DNA of 64,000 nucleotides from a virus (Duplodnaviria; Caudoviricetes): IMG/VR virus record IMGVR_UViG_3300031992_002338, one strand, 5' to 3'. Shown piece after piece: positions 8,044-17,803 of this stretch. Made by a program: the position numbers and the translations under genes. Each line of letters begins with the position of its first letter. The stretch's first letter is position 1. A model generated the notes under the pieces. The model saw only the letters and a program-made list of their open reading frames with translations, ran no database searches and was not told the DNA's origin.

Positions 8044-8595
8044 TTACTGTTGATAATATGGAGAGCTATATACGCTGTCAGAATATACTATATCAGCATC
8101 CTCATTGGCTCTCTCCAATACTTTGTTCTTGATTACTAAAATATCATTTGTGTTGTATAATGGGATATTATAGTGCCTACATACAAGTCTAACATTATCA
8201 TACCTATAGAAATTAGGATTGCAGAATACAATTAATTTTCTAGTTCTTGCAAATAGTCCTAGCTCCATGAGTGATATTGGTGACTTTGAGTTACCCAATA
8301 TATTCATCACAATTAGGTCAGCCCTCTCAAGATGGTATAACTCCCAATTGATTTGTTTTTCAATCTCATTATTATCATTACTATCTGGCCAATCCTCTCT
8401 CCTTGGATTATAAATCATAATAGGATGAACCGTATCTTCTTTATTTAATTCATCAATAATGGCTTGTTGGTGGTTTACCGAATCGCCACAATCTATAGTA
8501 CCTCCTAGAAATAGGTTTAATGGTACTACACCATCTATTGTGTAAACACTATTATCATAATTGAAAGGAGGTAAAAATAATTTGTTCTTCTTCAT
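8044..8595 (-). CDS. Nucleoside 2-deoxyribosyltransferase-like protein
   Basis: LFLGGTI...YNPRR...QINWEL..LERAD...SPISLMELG. Confidence 0.8.
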   Translation of the reverse strand: MKKNKLFLPPFNYDNSVYTIDGVVPLNLFLGGTIDCGDSVNHQQAIIDELNKEDTVHPIMIYNPRREDWPDSNDNNEIEKQINWELYHLERADLIVMNILGNSKSPISLMELGLFARTRKLIVFCNPNFYRYDNVRLVCRHYNIPLYNTNDILVIKNKVLERANEDADIVYSDSVYSSPYYQQ

Positions 8596-8642
8596 AACAG
8601 CGCAAATATATAGATTTAAAATGGGAAATCCAAATAAATCAC

Positions 8643-9311
8643 TTATTTTTTAGGCGAAATTAAGACTTTATCTGCAATACCCAAATCTTCTACAGCTTCT
8701 TGCCCTATATACCACTTATCCCTATCACATAAATGTTCAATTTCTTCAAATGATTTTCCACAATTCTCTGAAAGAATATGGTATATATCATTTTGGCATC
8801 GTATAGTTTGTTCCATTTCAATCTTTATATCAGCAGTATGCCCTTGAAATCCGCTTGAGACAGAATGCACCATTACCCTACTATGTGGAAGAACAAATCT
8901 CTTTCCCTTTGTTCCACAGCTTAAAATTACAGCGCCCATTGATGCTGCCATGCCTAGGCATACTGTTGAAACATCTGACTCTATGTAATTAATAGTATCA
9001 ATGAGTGAAAGACCCGATACTACATCCCCTCCTGGACTATTTATGTAAATGCTAACATCCCTATTATCCACTGAATTTAAATATAGCAATTGAGCAATCA
9101 TAATGTCCATCGTTTGGGCATCTACTTGCCCACTAAGAAAAAGAATTCTATCTTGAATCAAGCGGCTAAATACATTCATTTCTGAAACTCGCATGGCTGA
9201 ATCTCGTTCTTCTATAATTGTTGGATAAACAGATTCAGCAAAAGATGAATCCACATTAACCTTGTCTTTTGCGAAATGTTTAAAATCTTCAAAAGTGCCT
9301 ATTTTATTCAT
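8643..9311 (-). CDS. clpP: ClpP protease proteolytic subunit
   Basis: VFSRLIQDRILFL, IAQLLYL, YINSPGG, GMAASMGA (Ser), RVMVH (His), DRD (Asp). Confidence 0.93.
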   Translation of the reverse strand: MNKIGTFEDFKHFAKDKVNVDSSFAESVYPTIIEERDSAMRVSEMNVFSRLIQDRILFLSGQVDAQTMDIMIAQLLYLNSVDNRDVSIYINSPGGDVVSGLSLIDTINYIESDVSTVCLGMAASMGAVILSCGTKGKRFVLPHSRVMVHSVSSGFQGHTADIKIEMEQTIRCQNDIYHILSENCGKSFEEIEHLCDRDKWYIGQEAVEDLGIADKVLISPKK

Positions 9312-9330
9312 AATTTATATAAATTAACGG

Positions 9331-10233
9331 TTATTTTCCCCTCTCTTTTGGATAGTCATATGTTTTATTTAATTCTAAAAACTTTTTCCTTAATTGTTTT
9401 GTTTCTTTTTTGTCTCTACCTAAAACAAAAGCATACTTCCCTTTTGGTTTAACTTCAACTTTTTCTGCTTTGCTAAACATTTCTTTAGAGCAGTCTCTAA
9501 GTTGTTTCTCAATTTCATCTGGAATGTTTTCCCAATATATCTTATCGCCCTTATTCCAATTATCTTTCCATTCGATTCCTAAGTCTTTTGCATATCGTTT
9601 ATAAAAGCTTCTACTTCGGAATTGCCTATCAGAAATCACGCTATTTGGATTATATGGATTAATACACATAATTTTACGACCAGTTCCATTACCCAAAAAA
9701 TAAAAATTTAAAGCTCTGTATATCCTTCCGTCTTCTTTGGCTGATGAATCACTATAGCACGTAAACAGTCTATATTGTGTATTATCTACCATCCATTTAA
9801 TACACCACATCAGAAACTTACTGCCAAGGTTTTTTGGAGAAAAACTTGCGCTTGCGCCTCTTGCAATAAGTCTTTCGTATTCTCTTGTGTTATCGCCTAA
9901 AAGCTTACTAAACGCATAAGGCATTGCAAACATTATAACACCGCCTAGAATGCCTTTATAGCGTGCTGTGAATATATGGCTTACAAATACCCCATTGCAG
10001 CTACCTAACCACTCATATTTTTCAATAAACCTATATGTTTCGTCTTTTTTTGCTTTATCGTCCTTATCGACATATTCAAACGTAAAATCGTCAAGAGAAA
10101 TATCATCAATATCACTTTGAGACCAACCATATTTTTCCATATCTTCTTGTAATGTGTCTAGTCTCTTCTGATATTGATAACACCAAGGTTTATCATAGTT
10201 TTTTATTTTCTCAAGTAATTTTATATCACTCAT
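9331..10233 (-). CDS. Mom-like GNAT DNA-modification enzyme
   Basis: FIEKYEWLG...GVIMF...RLIAR...SKFL...YSD....DGRIYRALNF.FLG matches the Mu Mom family pattern. Confidence 0.7.
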   Translation of the reverse strand: MSDIKLLEKIKNYDKPWCYQYQKRLDTLQEDMEKYGWSQSDIDDISLDDFTFEYVDKDDKAKKDETYRFIEKYEWLGSCNGVFVSHIFTARYKGILGGVIMFAMPYAFSKLLGDNTREYERLIARGASASFSPKNLGSKFLMWCIKWMVDNTQYRLFTCYSDSSAKEDGRIYRALNFYFLGNGTGRKIMCINPYNPNSVISDRQFRSRSFYKRYAKDLGIEWKDNWNKGDKIYWENIPDEIEKQLRDCSKEMFSKAEKVEVKPKGKYAFVLGRDKKETKQLRKKFLELNKTYDYPKERGK

Positions 10234-10536
10234 TTAACTTTTTCTTTTAATTCCTATTGTACAATAAAAAACATCATCCAAAGAATCATTTTCCATTTTT
10301 ATCATCCAAGCATCAAATCCATTTACAGACAAACCATCAAAAGTTCTTGTCAAACCTTTCAAGTAATTTATCCAATTTCCGTTTCCATTAAGTCCGCCAG
10401 TAAGTTTAACAATAAATGTTCCATATTCGTCAACAATATAATCAGATGCAAATATATTACTGTCTTCTAACCTATAAGACTCAACTAGTGCCTTAACGTC
10501 ACCCCAAAGCCCTATCAAATCTAAATTCTCATTCAT
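10234..10536 (-). CDS. Hypothetical protein
   Basis: ORF in operon. Confidence 0.6.
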   Translation of the reverse strand: MNENLDLIGLWGDVKALVESYRLEDSNIFASDYIVDEYGTFIVKLTGGLNGNGNWINYLKGLTRTFDGLSVNGFDAWMIKMENDSLDDVFYCTIGIKRKS

Positions 10537-10551
10537 TTTTTTTATCTAATT

Positions 10552-11256
10552 CTAATTTGTTGAAATCTTCTTACCAATCTCTTTTTCGTATTCTGTAGTT
10601 GCCTTTAATGCCTCTTCATTAAGTGTATCACAGAATGACAATGTTGCAGCATCAAGTGATGCACCAGTATTGGCCATGCTTCTATAATTGCTAACAGCAC
10701 AATTAATCATATCATAGTTATTAGCAAACTTCTTTCTTGATGAATATGTCTTGAACTTAAATCCAAGTTCGTCAGCAGCTTTAGATGATGTAATATCACA
10801 GCCTTGGTACATAAATTCCCAAGAATACTTCTCGGTCTGCTCCTTAATCTTCTCTTGAACTGTCTTCAAGCTATACTCTCTAGAAGCATTTTCCATACCG
10901 TCAGTCATAACAACAACAAGTGTCTTACCTGGCATTTCCTCACCATTTACATCCTTTGCATGAAGCCACTTACCAACATTGTCAATACCAACTCCGATAC
11001 CGTCATTCATTGCAGTTGAACCACCTGCGCTATACTTGAACTCCTTGATGTCGTTAATGTCAATTCCAAGATATTCCTCAGTTACCTTCTCGTTAAATGT
11101 ATAAAGTGATACAGTAACCTTACCATCCTTAATTGCTTTTTGTTCATCAATAATCTTATTGAATCCACCAATAACATCTTGTGTTGATGGGTACATACTT
11201 CCACTCTTGTCAATGATAAAGACAAGATTCAACCATTTAGTGTTTAAATTTGCCAT
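10552..11256 (-). CDS. von Willebrand factor A domain protein
   Basis: MIDAS motif DKSGSM, G.TAMND, VVVMTDG.EN.S. Confidence 0.9.
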   Translation of the reverse strand: MANLNTKWLNLVFIIDKSGSMYPSTQDVIGGFNKIIDEQKAIKDGKVTVSLYTFNEKVTEEYLGIDINDIKEFKYSAGGSTAMNDGIGVGIDNVGKWLHAKDVNGEEMPGKTLVVVMTDGMENASREYSLKTVQEKIKEQTEKYSWEFMYQGCDITSSKAADELGFKFKTYSSRKKFANNYDMINCAVSNYRSMANTGASLDAATLSFCDTLNEEALKATTEYEKEIGKKISTN

Positions 11257-11275
11257 TGTTAAATTATTTTACTCA

Positions 11276-11500
11276 TTATTTTTGCTCTTCTCCCTTATAG
11301 AACATTCTCATCTGACCAGTATCATCAACCGCCACATCAACGTTGTTGATAATGTCTATCAATTCCTTCCTCTTTTCTTCAGAATCTACGAGATTCGGAT
11401 ATTGCTTTGCAATCTCCCTAAAGGCTTGGTCTCTAACCTTGCTCTTCTTTCTGCTCTTGTGACCCCTTGGGGCTGGAGCCTTTCCAATTACCTTTGCCAT
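11276..11500 (-). CDS. Small hypothetical protein
   Basis: ORF coupled to the upstream gene. Confidence 0.6.
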   Translation of the reverse strand: MAKVIGKAPAPRGHKSRKKSKVRDQAFREIAKQYPNLVDSEEKRKELIDIINNVDVAVDDTGQMRMFYKGEEQK

Positions 11501-11970
11501 TATCGATTCTTCTTTTTGGCTTCTATTGCAGCAGCCTTTTGAGCTTTTTCGGCTTCCTTTCTCTCCTTTTCCTCTTCCTCAATCTGGTTGATTACAAGGT
11601 ATGAAGCCTCCATTATGTCTACATAGTTCTCATACTTTCTGCGCATCCTAAATATTTCTTTTGCAATATCAGTATCAACAAGTAGTTTGTCTTTCTCTGT
11701 ATCGTATGAAATGTTAGAAAAAACGCCATCTAGAAGTTTATCTTTATATTCATCACTTAACCTATCGAAAGCCTCTTCATAGATGATAAGAAAAGCATCC
11801 TTTTTAGTTAGATAATTAATTGTTGCACCAGCTTTTGATGCTTTTAAAACAGTCTTTGCCTTTGTTACTGAAAGCAGTTTAAGCTCAATGCCCATCTGTG
11901 CAAGCCCTGTTTCCTCCCACTTTGCTTGACAAAGTTCTGCAATATCACTGCTCGTTTCAAAAAACTTCAT
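11500..11970 (-). CDS. Hypothetical protein, possibly a degenerate phage metallopeptidase-like fold
   Basis: IIYEEAFDRLSDE..DKLLD resembles that family, but HExxH is absent. Confidence 0.45.
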   Translation of the reverse strand: MKFFETSSDIAELCQAKWEETGLAQMGIELKLLSVTKAKTVLKASKAGATINYLTKKDAFLIIYEEAFDRLSDEYKDKLLDGVFSNISYDTEKDKLLVDTDIAKEIFRMRRKYENYVDIMEASYLVINQIEEEEKERKEAEKAQKAAAIEAKKKNR

Positions 11971-11972
11971 AT

Positions 11973-12290
11973 TTATTTATTTTTTAATATATTATTTTCT
12001 TCTAATAATGTATTTATTTTTTTCCCCATCCAACTTATAAGTTCAATAAGTGGTTTAATTCCATCTTCTTCATTGAATGGGGTATATTCCTCTCTTTGTA
12101 ATTCACAAGGATTGTCACAATATTTACCAAGACAATGTATAATTTGTTTTCTACCAACTAAATCTTTGTTTTCTTCATAATGAGACAAATCGCCACTCAT
12201 AATTTCCATTAATTTTTCGTGGCATCCACCTTTGCAAATATTCCTACATCTATCACATATAAAAGAACCATTATTTTTATACTCTTTCAT
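11973..12290 (-). CDS. Cys-rich hypothetical protein
   Basis: CDRCRNIC, CLGKYC. Confidence 0.55.
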   Translation of the reverse strand: MKEYKNNGSFICDRCRNICKGGCHEKLMEIMSGDLSHYEENKDLVGRKQIIHCLGKYCDNPCELQREEYTPFNEEDGIKPLIELISWMGKKINTLLEENNILKNK

Positions 12291-12484
12291 ATTTTCCTAA
12301 TTTTGTCTATGCTTAAATTAACGATGCTAGCATTCAGCCTTTCTTCACCGTTTTTCTCGTTGGTAATCTTACCATCCCTCAATATCACAATAGTACATAA
12401 ATCTCCTTTACTGAGGCTGTAGAGATACCATTCTCTACCTTTTTTCCAATCGTCTATGTACTCTACAATATCACCTATTTTCAT
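12287..12484 (-). CDS. Small hypothetical (SH3/KOW-like MKIGDIV)
   Basis: ORF after a host-type promoter at ~12490-12525. Confidence 0.5.
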   Translation of the reverse strand: MKIGDIVEYIDDWKKGREWYLYSLSKGDLCTIVILRDGKITNEKNGEERLNASIVNLSIDKIRKI

Positions 12485-12569
12485 CTTTTTGCAAAGATAT
12501 ATAAAAAAGGTTAAAAAAACAAATTTTCATTTAATTTTTTTACAATTTAATTATTTTTTATAAAAAGAT

Positions 12570-13265
12570 ATGCCTCGTAGAAATAAAAAGAAAATATACA
12601 GCATTATTTTAGTTAATCACGGTAAGCAACTGAAAACAATATATAGTGACACAACAGAGGTAAAAATATACAAGAAATTTAACGAGATATTAAAAGAGAA
12701 TCAAAAGGTTTCATTCCCTGTTCAATATAACAACTTAGAGCATATAATGGTAGAATCAGAATATGAATTGGTTATAATTAAATGTAAAGAGTTTGGAGAT
12801 AAAAGCGTTAATAAAATTAGGGATGAATATGGTCAGTTTACTAACTACGAATCTTCAGATGATGATTGGATTGTTGTTGACCGTGCTAATTATAATATTG
12901 AGGAAACATTCTGGGTGTATGGCTACCATCCAATATTACAAAGGAAAACGTTTGATTGGGTGTTTGATAACTTTATTTCCAAGGATGCCAAAAACAAATA
13001 TATGTTCAAATCTATTCAAGTATATTTGAATAAAGTGTTGATTGAATGTAATGGAAAATTAGAAATTGTTATCTGCAAAAACAAAAAAGACTCCATAAGG
13101 TTCTATAACCAAATGGAGAAATGGTGTACCGATAGAAAAATGAAATATGTAATGTTCATGGGTGATATTGCCCACAGCAAATATAAAAAGGATTGGATTG
13201 ATAAAATACAAGATTTAACCCATTGGAGTCGCACCAAGATAAACAGAAACTCAACAAGACCGTAG
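12570..13265 (+). CDS. Hypothetical protein
   Basis: 231-aa ORF. Confidence 0.75.
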   Translation: MPRRNKKKIYSIILVNHGKQLKTIYSDTTEVKIYKKFNEILKENQKVSFPVQYNNLEHIMVESEYELVIIKCKEFGDKSVNKIRDEYGQFTNYESSDDDWIVVDRANYNIEETFWVYGYHPILQRKTFDWVFDNFISKDAKNKYMFKSIQVYLNKVLIECNGKLEIVICKNKKDSIRFYNQMEKWCTDRKMKYVMFMGDIAHSKYKKDWIDKIQDLTHWSRTKINRNSTRP

Positions 13266-13349
13266 TGGTGTTCCATTAAAAAATAAAATGATAAAAAACA
13301 AGACCTTTTTTTAATTTTCATAATATTTATTATTAAGAAAAATAAAATT

Positions 13350-14450
13350 ATGAAAACAAAAGATTTTATAAAAAAAGCTATAAAAATTCATGGTAATAGA
13401 TATGATTATTCAAAAGTAAATTATATTGATACAAACACCAAAGTTTGCATAATTTGTCCAGAGCATGGCGAATTTTGGCAAACCCCACATAATCATTTAC
13501 GTGGAAGAAAATGTAAAAAATGTTATTTTGATTCAGAAAAATTAAATACGATTAGTTTTATAGAAAAAGCAAAGAAAGTTCATGGGGATAAATATGACTA
13601 TTCAAAAGTAGAATATATTGATAGTAAAACTAAGGTATGTATAATATGTCCTAAACATGGAGAATTCTTACAGACACCACATAATCATCTTTCTTGTAAA
13701 GGATGTCCAAAATGTAGCGGAACAAAAAAATTAGACACTAATATTTTTATACAAAAAGCTAAAGAAATTCATGGTGATATATATGATTATTCAAAAGTAG
13801 AATATAAAGGGTCAAAAGAAAAAATATGTATAATATGTCCTAAACATGGAGAATTTTGGCAAACCCCAAATAACCACCTTTCTAATCAAGGATGTCCTAA
13901 ATGTAGCATTGACAATATAACAAATAAAAACAAGTTTACTACTGCTTTTTTCATTGAAAAATCGAAGAAAGTTCACGGTGATAAGTATAACTATTCGAAA
14001 GTAGAATACGTAAATTCAAAAACTAAAATTTGCATTATATGTCCTATACATGGAGAGTTTTTGCAAGCACCAAACAAACATCTTTTAGGGCAAGGATGCC
14101 CACTATGTAGTGAAAGTAAATTAGAAGAAGAGACTAGAATATTATTAGAAAATAATAAAATAAGATTCGAATATCAAAAAAGGTTTGATTGGCTAGGTAA
14201 AAAAAGTTTAGACTTCTATCTTCCAGATTATAATATTGCAATTGAATGCCAAGGTAAACAGCATTTTATTCCTAGTGATTTTTTTGGTGGAGAAAAAAGG
14301 TTATTAGAAACCAAAGCAAGGGATAAAGAAAAAGCCATCTTATGTAAAACTAACGATGTAAATCTAATATATTATAATTATAACGAAAATACGAGAATAT
14401 TAAAAAATAAATTGTATGATAAAATAAACAGAACAAGTACACGACCATAA
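13350..14450 (+). CDS. Free-standing homing endonuclease-like protein: four Zn-binding repeats plus a PD-(D/E)XK/Vsr-like domain
   Basis: Repeats FI.KAK.VHGDKYDYSKVEY...KVCIICP.HGEF.QTP..HL...GCPKC, and C-terminal LDFYLPDYNIAIECQGKQH. Confidence 0.85.
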   Translation: MKTKDFIKKAIKIHGNRYDYSKVNYIDTNTKVCIICPEHGEFWQTPHNHLRGRKCKKCYFDSEKLNTISFIEKAKKVHGDKYDYSKVEYIDSKTKVCIICPKHGEFLQTPHNHLSCKGCPKCSGTKKLDTNIFIQKAKEIHGDIYDYSKVEYKGSKEKICIICPKHGEFWQTPNNHLSNQGCPKCSIDNITNKNKFTTAFFIEKSKKVHGDKYNYSKVEYVNSKTKICIICPIHGEFLQAPNKHLLGQGCPLCSESKLEEETRILLENNKIRFEYQKRFDWLGKKSLDFYLPDYNIAIECQGKQHFIPSDFFGGEKRLLETKARDKEKAILCKTNDVNLIYYNYNENTRILKNKLYDKINRTSTRP

Positions 14451-14463
14451 AAAAGGTGAAGAA

Positions 14464-14718
14464 CTAATCTTCACCTTTTTCTTTAATTATTATCTTAACT
14501 AATTCAAAGTTTATATCTATTTCACCCTCAGATGGAATAAACTCTTGAGATTCATCCTTTCTATTTCTGTAATATAAATCCTCATCTATTTTTTTGAATT
14601 CTTCACTAGCCACATAAACAGTCAGAATTGACTGTATTGTAACACCATCTTCCTTCAATTTCGATGATATGAACTGACCTAGTTCAAATATACTCATTGT
14701 TCCAAACTTAAACTCCAT
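14464..14718 (-). CDS. Hypothetical protein
   Basis: ORF in operon. Confidence 0.6.
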   Translation of the reverse strand: MEFKFGTMSIFELGQFISSKLKEDGVTIQSILTVYVASEEFKKIDEDLYYRNRKDESQEFIPSEGEIDINFELVKIIIKEKGED

Positions 14719-14936
14719 AGCAATCTATCAAAACCATTTTTTATTCTTCTCCATAGTGAGAACTTAACTTGTTTTTTTCCCTCTAGAACGTCTTTCATAT
14801 CTTGACCCATTGAACTGTTCAACTGCTGTGCAATCGTCCACTGGTGACCCTTTAAGGCTAGTTTATCCATACGTCTCTCACTATCTAGAGACTGTAATTC
14901 TCTACTCATTTCCTTGTTCATAACTATTCGTTTCAA
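14694..14936 (-). CDS. Hypothetical protein
   Basis: ORF in operon. Confidence 0.6.
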   Translation of the reverse strand: MKRIVMNKEMSRELQSLDSERRMDKLALKGHQWTIAQQLNSSMGQDMKDVLEGKKQVKFSLWRRIKNGFDRLLWSLSLEQ

Positions 14937-15273
14937 AATAATTTTGAATCGTGTTAATTAACCAGTTACTGCTGCTAACAAATGCCCCATCTAAAAACAC
15001 TGTTATGTACCAATATTCTAATGGCAAATAAACCATAGCCATTGGAGTAAATGATATTGTAGGAATGACTAACAAATTAAGTGCTGACATTCCAAATCCA
15101 AGCCACCACCCACTACATATAAAGCATGAAAGCATTTCATCTAATTGTGGGTGTATCTTTTTTGCGATTTCATGCATTTTATCAAAGCAATGAAATGGTC
15201 CATGAGCATATATTATTGTATTGGCGATACCATAACAAATAATTATATAAATGAATAATATTAACCACTGCAT
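14902..15273 (-). CDS. Membrane protein, DUF1360-like
   Basis: Hydrophobic segments and an L.C..C.G.W motif. Confidence 0.6.
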   Translation of the reverse strand: MQWLILFIYIIICYGIANTIIYAHGPFHCFDKMHEIAKKIHPQLDEMLSCFICSGWWLGFGMSALNLLVIPTISFTPMAMVYLPLEYWYITVFLDGAFVSSSNWLINTIQNYFETNSYEQGNE

Positions 15274-16163
15274 ATATTTACTAATTCTTTAATTTTATCT
15301 TCTAATTTATCATTATAATTTATATAGAACAAATTTAAATTATTATCATTGCACAATATAAATTTATTTTTATCTAACATTTTTCTATATTCAAATGCTT
15401 TTTTACCGCCAAAAAATTTTATTGGTTCAAAATGCTGTATACCTTGGCATTCAATAGCTACATTATATTCTGGTAAATAAAAATCCAAACTTTGCCTACC
15501 TAACCATGATAAATCTTTTTTTCTGCAATGCCAAACATATTTTAAATTATTTTTTTCTAATTCTTTAGCAACTTTTTCTTCTAATGAACTATTTTGACAA
15601 TGCGGACACCCAACACCCCTCATATGATGCATGGGATAAGTAAAAAATTCGCCATGTTTGGGGCAAATAACGCATACTTTTGTTTTTTGATTTATATATG
15701 CCGTTTTACTATAATCATACTTCTCACCATATAATTTTTTACAAATTGAAACAAATTCGTTAGTCGTATAATTATGTGTCATAGAACATTTTTTGCAGCC
15801 ACACCCATTAAAATGGTGTTGTGGCGTTTGCCAAAATTCTCCATGAATAGGGCATATTATACAAACTTTGGTTTGATTATTTACATATTCTACTTTAGAA
15901 TAATCATATTTATCGCCATGAATTTGTTTGGCTTTACTTATAAATTCTTCTAATGAATATCTAATACTTCTATGTGAACAGTATGGGCAATTCTGTCCAT
16001 GCAAATGGTCTAATGGGAGTTGTAAAAAATTACCGTGAATTTTACAAACTATTTCAACTGGTTTTTGTGCTGATTCATATACAACTTTGGAATAGTCATA
16101 TTTATCACCATGTACATTTTTAGCTTGCTCTATAAATTCCTCAGTAGTTTTCTTTTTTGACAT
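15261..16163 (-). CDS. Free-standing homing endonuclease-like protein: three Zn repeats plus a PD-(D/E)XK domain
   Basis: Paralog of 13350..14450; LDFYLPEYNVAIECQGIQH. Confidence 0.85.
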   Translation of the reverse strand: MSKKKTTEEFIEQAKNVHGDKYDYSKVVYESAQKPVEIVCKIHGNFLQLPLDHLHGQNCPYCSHRSIRYSLEEFISKAKQIHGDKYDYSKVEYVNNQTKVCIICPIHGEFWQTPQHHFNGCGCKKCSMTHNYTTNEFVSICKKLYGEKYDYSKTAYINQKTKVCVICPKHGEFFTYPMHHMRGVGCPHCQNSSLEEKVAKELEKNNLKYVWHCRKKDLSWLGRQSLDFYLPEYNVAIECQGIQHFEPIKFFGGKKAFEYRKMLDKNKFILCNDNNLNLFYINYNDKLEDKIKELVNICSG

Positions 16164-16645
16164 TACTCTGTAATTGTTTCATCTGCTGGTACTACTTCAG
16201 CATTATTGTCTTCATATACCTCTGTAGGTTTTTCTTCCTCTACTTTCACCTTTTTCTTAACATACTTTCTTTTAGGCTTTGTAGGTTTCTCAATCACAAA
16301 CTGTAGATTCAACAAGTCATCATAAGACGTATTCTGGAACAACTCCTTCAATTCTTCAACCTTATCTTTCAAAAGTTTAAGCTTTAGAACAATGTCTTGG
16401 TTCGCCTTTATTGTTTGTTCAACAAGGTCAAACATTTCCTCGTATGTTGTATCTTTTGAATCAGCGTAGTAATATGTTATATTTGGGTCTGTCTCTGATG
16501 GTGTGACTTTAATTCTGCCATCATCACTTGGGTATGCTTTCCATTTGTTTGGATACGCAACTTTAACCATGATTGCCTCATTATACATTTCGATACCACG
16601 AAAATAGGCTCTCATGTCATTCATTCTCTCTTGTAACGTTTTCAT
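16163..16645 (-). CDS. Hypothetical protein
   Basis: 160-aa ORF. Confidence 0.7.
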   Translation of the reverse strand: MKTLQERMNDMRAYFRGIEMYNEAIMVKVAYPNKWKAYPSDDGRIKVTPSETDPNITYYYADSKDTTYEEMFDLVEQTIKANQDIVLKLKLLKDKVEELKELFQNTSYDDLLNLQFVIEKPTKPKRKYVKKKVKVEEEKPTEVYEDNNAEVVPADETITE

Positions 16646-16840
16646 TTAAAAACCACAAATTAAGATTGTTATTATATACGCAACGGCAGCACCAAATAAT
16701 GCCAAGCCCCTTTCTGAAGAAACTAGTTTACCCTTCTTCAATCTGAAGATTGTAACTGTATGCAAGATTCCTGCCAATACAACAAATATTGCCATAATGA
16801 ACAAGAACACTTTTAATTCTAATAATAAACTGACTATCAT
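16646..16840 (-). CDS. Small two-TM membrane protein
   Basis: Two hydrophobic helices. Confidence 0.6.
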   Translation of the reverse strand: MIVSLLLELKVFLFIMAIFVVLAGILHTVTIFRLKKGKLVSSERGLALFGAAVAYIITILICGF

Positions 16841-16890
16841 AACTAATATTTTTTATATTATATTAAATATTTTATTCTTTATAAAAGATA

Positions 16891-16928
16891 AAAAAAATGC
16901 TTAACAATTAAAGTGTTGTTAAGCATTT
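16891..16928 (-). terminator. Intrinsic terminator
   Basis: aaatgcttaacaa...ttgttaagcattt. Confidence 0.65.
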
Positions 16929-16936
16929 ATCATCAA

Positions 16937-17803
16937 TTAATAACCACTTTCTGCATCATTAGAAAAATCGCCAGATTTAATCTTTGTATATATTATTCTA
17001 GCAAGTTGCTCACCAAGTGTACTATTAAACCAATTTTCAAATTGTGATGTGTGTAAATCATTTGGATTCATTTGATGCCCAAAACCGCTATGTCCTAATA
17101 CTACATCATCAACTTGGAAGTCTCCGTCAAATGTTCCTCTGAATGACACGGCTTCTGACATACCCTCACCATAATCAGCCTCAAATTCATAATATGAATC
17201 TCCTGTTTCCCATACATATACCTTTCTTAAATCATCTGGTTTTATATGTGAGACATCTGATATTGGGTCTATATCATCATCACCCATTTCATATGGGTCA
17301 CTAGTGCTAGCAAAATCACCGTCTGAATATTGGTTGAAATCTTCTTTTAAAATACGTCTAACAGAGTTTTCAATTATTTGACGTAAATCGCTCTCTGTTA
17401 ATCTTATAATCTTCTTCATGCGTTTTTTATTTTCTACTATATTAGTTTTGGCATATTGACCTTGTGTTGGGTCAATCCAAGCTACATCGTCTAAATTAAC
17501 AACTTTACTATAAACTTTATTACTACCAGCATAACTCATGGCTTCCATCTTAGATGGTGTGACAAATGCACCATTTTTAATTGGATAGGAACTATAAACC
17601 ACAATTTTTCCGCTATTTAACGCATTTATTGCGTCTTTTTTTGAAAAATCTGGAGTTATTCCATATATTTCACCTTCTTCTTGCCAAACCTCTTCATATG
17701 TTTTTATATCAGAAACATCTTTAATCCATGTATGATTGCCTAGTTCTGAATTGAAGGGATTGCCATTAGTTATAAGTTCAAATTGTTTTTGTTTGTCTAC
17801 CAT
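16937..17803 (-). CDS. ART-like N-terminal domain, internal IRLTESDL module and acidic C-terminal domain
   Basis: IVVYSS.PI.NG.FVTPS..EA..YAG..VYSK.V.LDDVAW, plus internal KKIIRLTESDLRQIIENSVRRILKE. Confidence 0.55.
   Translation of the reverse strand: MVDKQKQFELITNGNPFNSELGNHTWIKDVSDIKTYEEVWQEEGEIYGITPDFSKKDAINALNSGKIVVYSSYPIKNGAFVTPSKMEAMSYAGSNKVYSKVVNLDDVAWIDPTQGQYAKTNIVENKKRMKKIIRLTESDLRQIIENSVRRILKEDFNQYSDGDFASTSDPYEMGDDDIDPISDVSHIKPDDLRKVYVWETGDSYYEFEADYGEGMSEAVSFRGTFDGDFQVDDVVLGHSGFGHQMNPNDLHTSQFENWFNSTLGEQLARIIYTKIKSGDFSNDAESGY

Noticed and set aside
13350-16163. Repeats as a possible CRISPR array
   Set aside because: They are in-frame degenerate protein repeats with no repeat-spacer structure, and no cas genes were seen.
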